From: Balanoglossus misakiensis
Lineage: Eukaryota > Animalia > Hemichordata
Assembly (NCBI GenBank): GCA_040954595.2
Contig: CM082580.2
Coordinates: 9,216,390-9,280,389 of the forward strand
Length of the DNA: 64,000 bases
Direction: 5' to 3'
This document shows positions 18,298 to 33,819 of this stretch, one piece after another. Position 1 is the stretch's first letter. Each line of letters opens with the position of its first letter. Both the position numbers and the translations under genes were made by a program. The notes under the pieces are model-generated. The model was not told where the DNA came from and did not search any database. It worked only from the letters and a program-made list of their open reading frames with translations.

Positions 18298-21200
18298 ATG
18301 AAGAAGATGTGTGCAATTTGGCGCCGTCTCCTGGCAACAGTGGTCATCTGTATCGCGATATCCGGTACTGATGGACAGCAGTGGCTTGGCGCCGATTATT
18401 GGAATACGAGATACAGCGACCAAGGAATTGCCTATGATACAAGTAAGGCATACCTGACAATATTTTTACTTACCCCTTTTCTGTACTCTCATCACAATTT
18501 CTTGCATTGAGCAAATATAACTAGTTACTTCAGGTGTTCATAGTGAAAAGCAAATTGACAACCAATATAGCATATACATATAAGCTGGTACACTGAAGAG
18601 TTCTTCTGTTCAACACATACATTGTACCCTTGATCTACAGTACATATAATTTGATAAGCACTGACAGAAAATATTTATCCGTTGCAGGTGATAGGTGGAA
18701 CGGGTTGTGGTCAGACAGCTCTACATTGAACGGCAATTATGGCCGGGCAAATTCTGACTACAATGGACGGTCCTGTAGTGGATGCTCCTGCAGTGACACA
18801 GATCAAACTGTGACATGTACTGGCACTTCCATGTAAGTATCAAATAATCAAGTGTGTTCTTGCGATGTTTTTCAGTAATTCCCCCCCAACCCCCCCAATC
18901 ATTTAATGTTTGTGTGTATTCGTGTCTTTTCATTTTCCAGATCCTTGAAAAATTATGCATATCTGACAGAGATATCAGCTGATATGTTTAGCAACCTAGA
19001 GGACATCACAGAAATGTAAGTATGAACACCGAAAGATACAATGTATCCACAAATTTCCATTAAAGTTTTCGTGTAATGTTTTGTTGTTCCCAGGGGTGGA
19101 AGTTTACTTGCTATAAAATCTGATACCTGTTTTGTTATCATGTATGGGCTTAAATCTCATAAATGAATATATGTAACCGTGATGTAATTGATGTCGTTTG
19201 TGTCATTTCTTGTTTTTTTCCCAGAACAATTATTGGGGGTGGTTTCAGCACTATCCGGAATAACACATTTGACAGGATGGAGAAATTGACAAAGTTGTAA
19301 GTATAGCAAGACGTGATTCCACATGTAAACTAAGTGGGTCATTGATCTGCATATTGTTGCTGTGGTAACAATATTGTTTTCCAACCTATTTGTTGATGAT
19401 ATTTGTTTCATCTTATCTGTAATTGTGTATGTGCATTACAACATCTTTTTTATACTGATTATATCAGCAAATGTGTGCACATTTCTGTTTTATGTAAACA
19501 TTGAATTTGGGCCATGCTTCAACACATTTATTGTGGTTCATACTCATTTTGTTTTCTTCTTCAAATTTTAGAACCATCCACAACACAGCTCTACAGGATA
19601 TACCAGATCTGTCATACTGTGTTGCCCTTGAGCAACTGTAAGTTATCAATCTTTGTTATCCCAACATTTTTCCTTTATAAGCACCTTTGGCCAGGTCTGC
19701 ACAAGACACTTGAAAGGATATTAGTTCAAATCAAAGTGAAATTCACAAATTGTCCATTTTCTTTTGTGAAAGAGTGAAAATTCCTGTGACGACATACATG
19801 TATGATTGAGAAAAATTAAAACGGTTGGTTCAATAAGGTGGTCTGATTTTTCTTTCATTATACTGCCGACTGCTATTATTACCCCATACCCTCATCAGAT
19901 TACATTTCAAATTAGATGAAAGCCAATTTTGCCCGACAAATTTGATTTGTTGTTAATCAGAAGTCTGGCGTTTTGGAGACAAAGCTAACACAGGAAATTA
20001 ATCCATGAATAACATGGTGCGTCTGGTGACATGTGAACCGTTAGCAGAATATTATGGCAGCAGTAATGGCATACACATTCATGTATATAGTTTTCCTTGT
20101 TAATTTTTCTGAGCGGCCGTGATTTCTATAAAATGTGACATTTGGCCAATGTTTATTACCTATTTTACCTGTATGTCCATTGGAGCTAATTGGTGTGTTT
20201 TGTACTTTTCATTTCAGTGATCTGACCAGAAACAACATCCAGTTTTTCACTGCCAACTACACAAAACTCAGCTGGCCGTCTACCCTCACTAAAGTGTGAG
20301 TAATGTAGTGTTTGTTTGTCAGAATTCTTCATGTGTCGCTTATCAGTATTGCGTTATTTGCATCAGGGAACATGTGCACATAAAGTTCACCCGATACATA
20401 TATTTTCTTCACACAAGGTTTCATAGCGTGTTTGATTTGGTAGCAAGACTGTGCATTATTACCGTTTAAATATTCTGTAATGTTTTTTTCAATTCACTCA
20501 TATTTACACAGGAGTTTAATGGAGAATTCCATAGACTGGGTCCCGGATGCTCTATTCAAGGGCACCAACATTGAATACCTGTAAGTACATTTGGCATCCA
20601 GCCATCCAGTTGAAAAATCTTAATCTGATACTTCCTTCTTGCACAATAACAATGCTGACCATACACATATACATATACATGTATATACATATACATGTAC
20701 AATGTATATTATGAACTAATTGAGATTGTCATGTTGCTTTTTTCACTGTAGGGGACTGAGTATGAATGATATCCCAAGATTTCCCACAGCAGCCTTGGAG
20801 AACATGAACAGCTTGATATTTCTGTAAGTTCTCATCTGTGAATGACGAGTCACACAGCAGTCTGTTCTGGCAATGTAATTGTTGAATTTCACACAAGCCT
20901 GTTGAGTGTATTTTTTTCCATCTGAATCATTGAAAGTTCCAATCTTCTTTGATTTAGATCTCTGGATGATAACCGGATAGAGTCAATTTCCAAGAAGAAT
21001 CTGGGTGTCTTTGCAGGAGGACCTCTGCAGCATTTGTAAGTTAGTTCAAGTGATCTAATATCCAACACACAAATGACACAACATATGTTATTTTATCTGA
21101 CAGTGGCCATCATCGTGGCATTGACCAGGATATTATTTTCCATAACAAAGTTCAGTGAGCTGAACACTTTTAAGTCTCGATGACTTGCCGTTTTTTTCCT

Positions 21201-24200
21201 TCTCCATGGATAAGCCACAAGAGCACGCCAGAATATGGAAGTTTTGTTCAACTTAATGTAGAGTCTTAACTTAGATTGTACATGTCAGACAGTTTACGAA
21301 CGTCTCATATTTTTCCTCCCAGAAACTTGAGTAACAATGTTATCAATTACATTGGCATCAACGCCATGAGTCAGCTCAAGAGTTTGAAGATACTGTAAGT
21401 GCAATCTGCTGTGGTCATGTATAATACAATATAGCATGGTAATATTATTGCTTTCCTAGTTTGTGCATGGTTATATACTTACAGACTCTCACTTATATTA
21501 TAGCGTGACTGTTTAGGATCAAGTTATTTGGCTTCAAGGTTCTTTGTCATGCCAACGTAAAGTTTTGTTCCATCAGTTTCACTGCCGTGGTTCTGTACAA
21601 TAAGTGTCTGCTTGGTCGCATTTTAACCCTTTCACCCCCCCCCCCCCCCTTATTGATTGCTTCTGTCATTTCTTTCTTATATTCTCTCCTCATTCAGGGA
21701 ATTACACAATAATGAAATCAGTAACTTGCCCTGGAAGACAATGAACAATATACCAGAGTTACTTCACATGTAAGTCGGTTTTCTTTCACACCTGAAAATC
21801 TTCTGAATATACGCACACTTTCGAGTGATGGCCACGGTTTATTGAAAGTCACGATGGATTTCGAATGATCAAAACACTATAATCATGATATGAAAACCCC
21901 CAGTTTGGGTTTTATTACATGTTTGCTCTGGCGGTTCCTTTGTGCTTTGTGTATGTATGTACTTCAATATCCTAGTCCTGGGGCCAACTGCACACGGGTA
22001 TTGTTGCGCAAGCCCTGTTTCATAATGTACCAGTCTTGCTTATGTCATGTCAAAACCTTTGTTGTGTGCTCAGTGCATTGTTGTCTGCTTGTGAGATAAT
22101 CTTACATTTTATTATTACCGATTTATGTCTGAAAGCCTGAACTGAGGTCTATAAAGCATTAGTTGTTGAGACGTGTCTTCTAAATTGACAACTGTAGAAT
22201 TTTTAGTAACAGAGTTACTTTTCATGAAGATTGATTTTGAAACAATTCCATTTTATTAGCAAGAAAGGACTGTAAATCAAAGTTTTATTCAGTGTCTGTG
22301 TACTCTAGCCAGTAACAAATCAAGTCACGTCCCAGACCTGACCTCAGGTCAAGCTTTGAGTGACCCCAACAAAGCGGCTAAGAATGCCAGCTTACATTGT
22401 TATTCACCATGCGCAACAAGGACTGCTTGTGGCTAGTTTACCCAACCAACCAAATTAAGCATTGGAAAGTCAAACATGTCTGTGTGACAGGGTTATGTGA
22501 GGTGAAGTAATTGCGTTGTGCACGTGACTGGTCTAGGTACAAGCATAGTCACTGGAGAAAATGGTATCTATGGAACCGGTCAATAGATTATAAAAAAACA
22601 CAGCCACCTCACTTGTCCAGTGTTTTTGTTATTGCATTTGTACTTCTGTACAAAACTTCATTTATCATATGTTTTCAGCCTACTCCATCTGAGCTTTCTT
22701 CATATATACAGACTGCATACACTAAAAAGTCAGTTACAGTCAGCTGTATGTGATTGTGTTTGAAAAACAAAATAGACAACTGGTCTTGTTGAGCTAAATC
22801 TTTATTCCCAGTTGTTTGTTTGTTTGTTTGTTTGTGTGTGTGTGTGTGTGGTATGTCTGTCTGGAATACAACTTATGAGGCAAATCTGATTGATTCACAG
22901 AGATCTGAATCACAACCATCTGCAGACCCTAACAAGTAAAAGTTTCACCAACTTGCCAAAACTGCGGACATTGTAAGTAAATATTTTAGCAGTGGTCAGT
23001 TCTTGTGGGGTTGGAGAATTTCACCCGTATGGGAAAGTGGCTTTTAAGTGATGGGATTTATCCTTTCTCCACTGAACTGTGGTATTAGTATAACCCACAC
23101 CATTTTCAATAGAATGATTGGATCAAAATGTATATAAGATGACTCCAAACTGACATTGAGTCAACAATGTCAGTTCTGAAAATGATATAGTGGTTTGTAT
23201 GTTGAAGTTGATGACATGGTAATTGTTCATGCATTCTGAAATCTCAGGTTCTTCTGTATTTTATAAACTTTAATGAATTTATTAAACATTCACACGTTAT
23301 TTCTTGAAAACTTTCAGAATCTTGCACTCTCAGAAGGATCCTTATCAGATGACGACAATAAAGTATGATGCTTTCCAAGGCATAGGCAATGATCTTGTCA
23401 CTTTGTAAGTCAGAGCAAGATATCTTTTTTTTCTTAAACGGGACCTCCGGAAAGAGTTTTTCCTTTGCCCTTTACACTGACATGAACTTCTTTGCAAATC
23501 TGATTCTGTCTTTATTACTCCCTTCCCCAGTCGCTGGGTTGCTTATATTGGCTGTTTTATTATCTAATAAGTTTACATGGGAAGTTTTATTTCAAAATAG
23601 ATGTAGCAAGATCACATCAGAGTGGAACACGTGTACCGGTACTCCATTGAAAATCTTTTTTGTTTAGCAGTAACAGTCAGCTGAGTGGTTGAGAACTAAC
23701 CTCGCCTTTTTTGGTTTTCAGGTTTATCAGCGATAATCTTTTGCCGTACTTTCCCCATGCTGTCTTCGAGGAAGAGTCGTATCCAAACCTCAACTATCTG
23801 TAAGTCTTAATAGTTCTCTTCTAATTTACATGGCTATTGTGTGAAAAAGTTGCCCTAGATATTTACCCCAACCTAACCTTAATCCTAACTGATATGTCAT
23901 GGAATAGGTGGTGAATGTCTATGGAAAACTGACTAAATATTTATTATTTTCGAGTGAGAAAACTTGACATCTGTAGAAGTTGTTTCTGTTCCGAAATTAA
24001 AAGCTGCTTTACTTTCTGTGTTTCCAGATTTGCTGATCACAACTCCATCAGTAACATCACAGAGTTTTCTGAAGACCAGTTCACGCCGACTACCCTGATC
24101 TACTACAACATCAAGAAGGAACAGTACGATCCTTTCTCCACCATGCCCAACGTACTTTATCTGTAAGTAATGTATATGATTGTACATCAAAAATTCTATT

Positions 24201-27200
24201 TCACGTGGCCTTCTCTCTGTAAGAATGATCCAAAGGAAAACCAGGATTGAACTAAGAAAGCTAATATATTTTCAAAAGCGATGAATGGTCACATTGTACT
24301 GACGTGACTGGTTAGTGCTTGATGGTTTAATACTGAAATATAATAATTCTACCCCTTTTTCACTGTTTCAGATATTTTGACAACAATGTGATTGATCACC
24401 TGACAGAAACCTATCTGTGTAACTTAGTGGCTATCCAGAGGTTGTATCTTGACAGCAATCAGCTTGATGAGACCACTCTCCACCCAGAAACATTTGCCTG
24501 TATTCCAACTCTACAAACCTTGTAAGTTAAATAAAAATGTGACAAATGTACAGCCTTGTAATGAAATTTGTTTATGTTGTTTTATAAAGTTATGAGTGAA
24601 TTTGTCATTCGCTTTTCTAAAAGTTAAATGAGTTTTAACAAAGTGCTTTAAGTGCCAGCCTCAAGTGCTTTGCCAAAATCATCATATAATATTTCTTCCT
24701 GTCCAGTAATGTTCATTCTGATTTTTTCCCGTCTTTTCCAGAGATATGAGCAGTAACCTATTCCAGTATGTACCAGATGCAGTCAAAAGTGATAGCCACC
24801 TGCCATCCATTGTATCCTTGTAAGTATTTGATTGGTCGTTAGTTGATTTCAATCCTCCAATGACAGATTGCTATTTCCCAGCAGCAGATAAGCCTTGGCT
24901 GATATTCCATTGTGACGTCCTTCAGTGTTCACAGTTAATCAATTGATCCAGTGTCGACTAGGTCATTGACAATGACTTCTTATTTCTCATACAGGTTATT
25001 GGACAGCAACAGGCTTACATTCCTGCTTGCGGGCACCTTCACCAACCTGACCACTCTCACCAGCCTTTCTCTAAGTAACAATGACATCATCTCCATAGAA
25101 GATGAGACTTTCCCTGAGTACATTCAAACAATGTAAGTTGAGCCCCCCCCCCCCCCCCCCCCTTTCACAAGAAAATGTAGTTGATATACAAAAATAATGC
25201 AGAAAAAAAACTGAAGTTACAGGTAGTGGCTCTACTACCTGGTGGTCCATTGGATCGTCTGCAAACAACTGGAACTATTGTCTAACTATTTGACCTGGTG
25301 TCCATATGTCCTTGTTGCAGATCCTTGGCCAGTAACAGCTTCCATTTTCTGCATGAGAACCCATTCAGAAATCTCACCGAACTCACCAGTCTCTCTTTGT
25401 CCTACAACGTGATCAAGCACATACCGGACACCGCTTTCGACAACTGTACGAGTCTGAACGGCCTGTGAGTATCGAGACTCTGCCAAAGTGACATACTATG
25501 GGATGTGGTGGTCTGGAGGGAATTGTCATATTGTGTTTGCAATCAGTTCGAAGAGGGCGAAAATTTATCATTCGCATAAGATTCCCGGTTTCCATTAGTA
25601 ACCAGTCTCCCTTCTGCATAATTCCAATCCCTTCCGCCCAAATTACTGATCCTGATAATAATTGATATTTCAATCTGATAGCAACCTAGCCAGTAACCAG
25701 ATTGGCCGCATCCTGGTAACCACACTCGAAGACTGCCCGCTGAACTCGTACCTGTTATTGGGAAGTAACGAGATCGCGTACATCGAAGATGGAGCCCTGG
25801 CACATCTCACGTCACTGAACTCTTTGGATTTGTCCAATAACGAACTGACGGAATTACCCAGTGGTGGGGATTTTGTGAACTTGACTGTCAACTTTTTGTA
25901 AGTATGCGTAGTTTTGGAAGTTTGTGACTGTGGTAGCTAACTCCATCCTGTGTTTAGATATATTCGACCAGTTTCAGAATCTTGAATATATAAACTTGGC
26001 AAGAGAATTCTTGCCTTTTAACAGGTGTCAAAATGGTGCCTTCTTAAGAGTTTTACGATCTGTTACTCAAGTGTGAGATATGCATCAAAAACACATCCCA
26101 TCCAGTATGTTAGAGGCCCATTTTTCATGATGAGGTCATGATCAGCCTCTCAATCTCGGTTTAGAATCAATATATGATTGTGGGTGACGCTGATGATGGA
26201 CTTGCAGTTTTTAGTCAATAGACCTTAACTATTGACCTCATCAACACAGTTGTGTGTGTGGATGCATCCTGTGTGAAATATTGAAATTCCTGAAATTGTC
26301 TGAGATGTGTTTGCATGTTTTAATTGTTCTGTTACAGTTATCTGGGCAACAACAGAATTACTTCCATCCCTGGCGGAACATTTCAAAATGTACAAGGAAT
26401 GTCAACATTGTAAGTGCTTTCTGCCATGAAATATCACAATATTTCTGGTTTGTAAAAGTTTTTGACAGATACATTTTCTTCTGTACATTTGTTTGCTGCC
26501 ATGCTTGTTATACACATTTTTAAAGTTGATATGTTTTTGTTTTTCAGTGATTTACGGGGAAATTCCATTTCTTATATTGGTTCCTATGCATTTGATACCA
26601 TAAGTGCCAACAATTTGTAAGTCACTAAATGTTTTGATTAAATTGCAGTAAGAATTTGAATTTACCAAATGATCCTTATAACAAGAAATGTTGATGAGAC
26701 ACTTTGTAATGCTTATAAAGGTGCAGTTTGGACTGAGGACAGTGAGAATGAAAATTTTAAGTCACGTGAAAAGGCATTAAAATGGCACTAGTGGAATTTT
26801 AATAATGTCGCACATTGATTGACTGTACTTTGCTAAAAAATATCTAAAACTCAGCTACAACCCATTTTTACCTCTTTCAGCTACTTAACTGATAATCCGT
26901 TGAAGATAATCTCATCATATTCATTCAATACCATCAGTGGCTTGTCTCTGTGAGTATACCAGTATTACAACTTGTGCTATTTCTTGTTTTTGTGTGTGTG
27001 TTTTAATTTGATGAAATGTGAAGGAGGTGTTGAAACTTACTGTCATTTTCACATAACAATGGTTTGTATATCGTAATGTTTTTTATATGATACTGGTTTA
27101 ACTACACTCACACCCTGACAAATCCTCTCACTCACATCCGTATACTTTCTGTGTTTGGTACATATCAGGGTTAAACAGATGATTCTTTGAAAAAGAAGGA

Positions 27201-30200
27201 TAAAATTTCAGTGTTGTTGGAAACTGCGAATTGTTGAACAAGTTGGAATAATCCTGTCCATTTTTGCCGTTTTTTTTTCCAGCCACATGAATAGCATGGA
27301 ATTGGCTGAGCTACCCTCATATGCCTTCCATGACATATTGCTGTCACAGTATCTGTAAGTACGCGATGAGATTCATGCAGTTTCTATGACAAACCATGTG
27401 AAATAGCCGGAATCTGCCATTGGAATGGACCACATTTTAAAAACAATTATGTGTGGGCAAACATAGAAAAATTATGTAATATATGACCATGTATGTGTGT
27501 ATTGCTATATGGTGACTTCATTCGATGTACATCATATTATTGATTTTATCGTTGACAGATATTTACAAGGAAACCAGATCAAGACTATCCAAAGTGAAGC
27601 CATCACTGGTTCTGTGGGGAGTGGTTCTACCTCGTTTGGAGTGTGAGTAGACCAATTGGACTCGTGAAGATGATCAAATATGCATTGTAGTTGATTGGGT
27701 CATGTTGTGTTGTTGCCACTGGTATTCTGAAAAGCCCTGCTTGTGTATTATAGTCAGTCTGTCCTGTTGCCATTGAGCGTGACATTCATGAGTTGTATCA
27801 TGTGACTGAAAATCAGCCAATGAAAGATTACCGATGTGAGTACCAGTACTAGTGGAGACATATCTTATGTACTTTACAGGCAACTGGAGAGCAATGGGAT
27901 CGAGACGGTGAATGGGAAGATGTTTGGTGACGGCTCCTACGTCGGTTTGCTCGACTTGGAATACAACAAACTGACAGTGTTGCCAGCGGCGGCGTTCTCG
28001 GGCGTTACGTTGACTGGAATGTAAGTCAACCCATCAAGGGCTTTTTGCAAAGTTGTCAGCTTACCATTTCTGGCCAGTGGTTGAGATTATCACCACATGG
28101 TGACCACTTCTGACCTATGGGGATAGATATGTTTGTCATGTGATATTAGTGTGGCCAACATTCATCATAGCACTGCAAAGTACAGGTGATAGAAGTCAAA
28201 AGGTATAAAACTGAAACTCTTTTTCCCCCCAGTGTTTTGCAGAATAACTTGTTCACTGCCTACCCTGGTGCAGCTCTGGCAACTCAGAACTTGCAGTCTC
28301 TGACGCTATCATATAACCAGATAGGAAAGATACCAGACGGTGCCTTTACTACCCAGACAAACCTACGTTATTTGTAAGTATTACCGTCCGGTCATATTGA
28401 GTGGCTGCGTGGACTACTTTGGCCCTTTCACTGCCTGTATCAGATATACAACCAGAACATTTTTAGCAATCCTCACCGTTCTTTTACATTTTCCGTAGGT
28501 ATCTGGACAACAATCAGCTGCGCGAACTTCAAGCAGATGTCTTTGATGGTCTCAGCAACTTGTGGACATTGTAAGTTTTAACGGTTCATAACATTTGCAG
28601 TCCTCTAAAGTATGAAACTTGGTCTTTTGCCATATGGCTTATTTGATTCTCTTGAAAAAATCATCATGCTTGACAGATCAAGCTTGATATAAAAAAAACA
28701 ATTGTCAAGTTTTCTTTATTAATTAGTAATATTTGCTTCTCTTTTTTGTTTGTTTTTCACAGGAGCATAGACAACAACAACCTGTGGTATATTGACCCGG
28801 AGGCGTTGACTGGATTGAGCATTGTTCGAACCATGTAAGTCCTGGAGAATTTTTCACCACTGCTTCAGAAGTACAGTGAATGAATACTAAAAAGTTTTGT
28901 CCCTAATAGACAAGGGTCCTGATTAAAAGTGTGTCCGTAGTGACAGGTTTCACCGTACTTGTTTTGTTCTACTCCCTGACAGATCACTTTCTGGCAACGA
29001 CTTGGAGTATTTTCCGCCCCTGCCATCATTCAACAATCTACAGACAGTGTAAGTATATGTATACTATGCAAACTGCAAAGTTTCTGTCTGAAAACGAGTA
29101 TGTGGATCAATATTCTGCAATTGGGGGGGGGGGGGGAGCATGTGATACAAAGGATGGAGATGCTAGCCTATGCCAATTTAAGAGTATTATTTTTTTCTTG
29201 GCAACTTGAAGGGAAATTTAAGTTAAGATATTAATCTTGATACGATGTGTTTGCTGTTGACATGGGGTGAGCGTTCTGGTTTTTCAGCATTTGCAAAAAT
29301 TCATTGGTACAATTTTGACAATTCTTTTTGTCTTCACAGGGATTTGTCTGATAACAGCCTTGAGGCCATTGGTGTTAATGCATTCCTAGGTGTGAATCTG
29401 AACAATTTTAATACTCTGTGAGTAACATACATCCTTTATAGAAATAATTGCAGTGTCTCTAAGTATGCATGTGTTTTTATCTTAAAGTTTTCTTGTGGTG
29501 TTAATGTTACATCTCCACATAAACAAGAATGTTCGAAGACCACAGTGTTGACACTGATAGAAGTAAAAATGAAGTTTACCGGTACAATGTATGTAGTGAT
29601 TTTTCAGTGATATTTGTCTAGTCCTACCATAACCATGTCAGAAGTCTGAACACACACACACATGACAAGGTGTACTGTGCAATCTTCTGTAATCTGGAAT
29701 TCAATCATTTTAAATTGTGTTTTTTTTTCCTTAGTAATCTCGGCACCAACCCTCTGGGGTGTGACTGTGAGATGTACTACGCCCTTGCCCACATCAACAC
29801 CACCATCAGTCAGGGAGAATGCGCCACGCCATCCGATGCCTACGGAGTCACATTCCGATACGCCGACAAGGATCAGTCCGATTACTTTGGCTCAGTCAGC
29901 GCTTCAAAATTCCAGTGTGGTAAGTTTAACTGCCAGTTTCACACAGTATGCTCCTTATAAAGTTGAGGCTTAAGATCACATGAGTTGCCACTTATGGCAT
30001 ATTTTTAACTGAACCATTCAATTTTCGGTTATTTATTCAATATTTAATTCCACCAATCAGCTGCAGCCAATGTGACAGCCAGCACACCTGCCGTGAATTC
30101 ATTGAAGGTATCGTGGCAAGAACCAGAAGAATTGTACCCAGGTGGACCTGACAGTGGCTCATCGGGGGACACCTGGTAAGATGATACATTGAACCTCTAA

Positions 30201-33003
30201 ACCTTGTTTTCACAAGGGGTTCAATGTGTGATGTAATACATGAACCCATTTTCAGATTTAAGCTTGTCCTTTATTGCACCTTGTGTGTGTGTACTTCTGT
30301 AAGGAACTACTTTGTAACTATACATTCAGCCAAGCAGCATATCTCCAAGGACTGCACTGAACTTTGGTTTTTGGCCTTGTTTATTATTGCTTATTTCTGG
30401 TTGTTCTGTGTAAGTGCTTGGTTATCTTCCCATGGTTGTCCCTTTCTTGTGACAAACCAGCAGTACTATAATTATGTTGCTGTAGTCTGTTGATGAAGAG
30501 AGTTGCTTACATGTTCCGTCCATTCTTTTTTTGAAAATTTCAGGCAGTACGAAGTCAGCTGCGAGGACGAGCACGCCACCACATTGACGGGCACGACCAC
30601 CGATTTGGAGTACACCTTCACGGCGGCGGCCGACGACTTGCAAGCGGGCACGCTGTACATTTGCGCGGTTCAGTTGAGCGTTAACTCTTCCACCAGTGCG
30701 GTCGGCCAGCCTGCTTACGTCAACACCCTGGAGGACCTCTCGGGCTTCAACGGCACCGTGGGTCCCCTGGACTTCCTGCTCCCCATCACCTATTACGACT
30801 TCAGGTGAGGGCACTGGCACGCGTCTATTACCCCCCTGTTGTTAACAATGGTACGGTCCGCAGTCTTTCGGAGTGGAACGTACCATTGATTGCGGCAGGG
30901 ACGCTGTGGTTGTTTTGTGCATCTGAATGTTACCATTTTGCACGCTGTAGTTGTGTGTAAATTTGTCTCGTCTAACCACGTAACACACTGTTGAATAACA
31001 CACTAACTTTCACGGCTGTTCAACTGTAAATTTGGCATAACCGTGCAACTACACTAAGCAGGCCTGCAGGAATATTTTGCTTTTAATTATTTTATGTTAT
31101 AAAGAATTAAACATTCTCATTTCACTGGCAATATTATTATTCGCAACTTGCTTTTATACTTGAGGGGAAAATACAATATAAATGTGCAATGCGCAACTGT
31201 AATACCCATGGCAGTTAAAACTTGCCTAAGTGGCTAGCTGCATGCAGTGATGCGACCGGAACTAGAAATAGTGAATGCAGTATTATGTACCGTAAGTTTG
31301 GATATTGTAGTCTTTGAAGCAGCCTGTCTGGCAACTGGATGGAGAACTCTTCATATCCCTGCATTAAATAATAAACGCTAGTGCAATTTAATCTGCATAG
31401 GACTGCTTAAAAGCAAATGTTTCTCGCAGGCTTGCTGAAGTGTATTCGACCCTAAAACATCCAACACATGTCATGGCAACATTCTGAATGTATACATCCA
31501 CCACTGCTGTGTCAGGTCTCCCACCAATCATGCATGCGCTGTGTCAGAGTTAACGCCAGTCTGAAACGCTTGCATTTGTCTTCATATCGTATCATGTCAG
31601 CGTTCCGTCTTGTGCGTCAGCTATCCTGTCATGTCATCCTGCAGGTATTCTCATCCAATAACCCTGTCTGATGTCCAATAACTGTATGTATTGTTTTGTC
31701 CAATAACCTTCTGTGATATCCAATAATCCTGACTTGAACCTGGTATTTGAGTAAGGTAACCCAATAACCCTGGATATTGATATTTTCCAATTAATATATG
31801 TGATGTGCCCCTGAGTAGTGGCCACTCAAATTTTGATCAACCAGTTATTTCATTTCTATAAAATTAGTCACATGGCCATCACAGGATGTCAGACAGTTAT
31901 CGGAAGCCCTGTGTTCTCGATCAGGTGGATTACAGTGTGCTTAGTTTCTGGTGAAAATCGTAACTGATTTGTTTAGAAAATCGTTCTTTTACAGCGTGAT
32001 ACATCCAGATTTCACTGGCAGTGGTAATGTTAAAGTCGACAGCCCTTCCTACGTTGCGAGTCCCTATGGACCCTGGCTGTCCATGTCTGATAATCCGACG
32101 GCCGATACGTTCTCCGACTGGTTCCGGGATGTGGATGACAACTACGCGTACGAGGATGTGTTCCATCTGCCATGGAATGAGAGTTCCGGATCCTCAGATC
32201 CGATCAATTCGTGAGTACAGGTCCATGTGTGTTGTCAGTGTTACAGCATAATAAAGGAGTATAACAGTTTTGAGTAAAATCAGACGTTTTAATGTTTTAT
32301 TCACCATGTATTCTTCGTGTTACCCGTACACAGATAAAAATGGCCAAAATTTAGAATATAGTGTTGGAACTTGTTATGAGTAGATGACAGTTGCAGTATT
32401 GCTCTTCAGTTGACAATTTACGTTAATTAGAACTACCGTACATGTAACTAAAACTGTGCATTGATTTGTGAATGTACTGTACAGTGTTGTAGCTTCAGTG
32501 TTTTAATTTCAGCACACTTGTGTTTGTGATTACAGGTTCTATTCTGATGCCTATTGGCCGTTAGATGGCAAAGGATATAAGGCAGAGTTGCAACAAGACT
32601 GCGACTTGCGGCTGAGAAACCTTGGGTAAAGAACCATGGATGCTAATTTGGATTTGTGGTTGTTCAGTTCCAGTCACGTTCCCATCTGAATTTAGCAAAC
32701 GACCAGGGTACCTGATAATTAACATTGTCGGTTAATTATTGGCTCTTTGTAATCTAGACATTTTGTGTGATTGACACTTTTCCCATGCATCTTACTGACT
32801 GATACCTTTTTGGTCTATAGATTTACGACTGCAATCCGAGCTGGATTCCGGTTCCAAGGCACGGAGCGTATCGTAATTGGAGGGGGTGACGAAGTGTGGC
32901 TCTATGTCAACGGAGTGTTGATGCTCCAAGTCCATACCGATGCCCTGGCCAATGATGTTACCTGCAAAGAAATCAGTCTGGCCAATGCCCTTGGTAAGTG
33001 TCA

Positions 33004-33035
<32 letters not shown>

Positions 33036-33070
33036 TGTGTGTGTGTGTGTGGGTGTGTGTGGGTGTGTGT

Positions 33071-33105
<35 letters not shown>

Positions 33106-33787
33106 TGTGTGGGTGTGTGTGGGTGTGTGTGTGTGGGTGTGTGTGTGTGGGTGTGTGTGTGTGTGGGTGTGTGTGTGTGTGGGTGTGTGTGTGTGGGTGT
33201 GTGTGTGGGTGTGTGTGGGTGTGTGTGGGTGTGGGTGTGTGTGTGGGTGTGTGTGTGGGTGGGTGTGTGTGGGTGTGTGTGTGGGTGTGTGTGTGTGTGT
33301 GTGGGTGTGGGTGTGTGTGGGTGTGGGTGTGTGTGGGTGTGGGTGTGTGTGGGTGTGTGTGTGTGTGTGTGGGTGTGTGTGTGTGTGGGTGTGTGTGTGT
33401 GGGTGTGTGTGGGTGTGTGTGTGTGTGTGTGGGTGTGTGTGTGTGTGTGTGGGTGTGTGTGTGTGGGTGTGTGTGGGTGTGTGGGTGTGTGTGTGGGTGG
33501 GTGTGTGTGTGGGTGTGTGTGGGTGTGTGTGTGTGGGTGGGTGTGTGGGTGTGTGTGTGTGGGTGTGTGTGTGGGTGTGGGTGTGTGGGTGTGGGTGTGT
33601 GGGTGTGGGTGTGGGTGTGTGTGGGTGTGTGTGGGGGTGGGTGTGTGGGTGTGGGTGTGTGTGGGTGTGTGTGTGGGTGGGTGTGTGTGTGGGTGTGTGT
33701 GGGTGGGTGTGTGTGTGTGGGTGTGTGTGGGTGTGTGTGGGTGTGGGTGTGGGTGTGTGTGTGGGGGTGGGTGTGTGTGTGTGTGGG

Positions 33788-33819
<32 letters not shown>

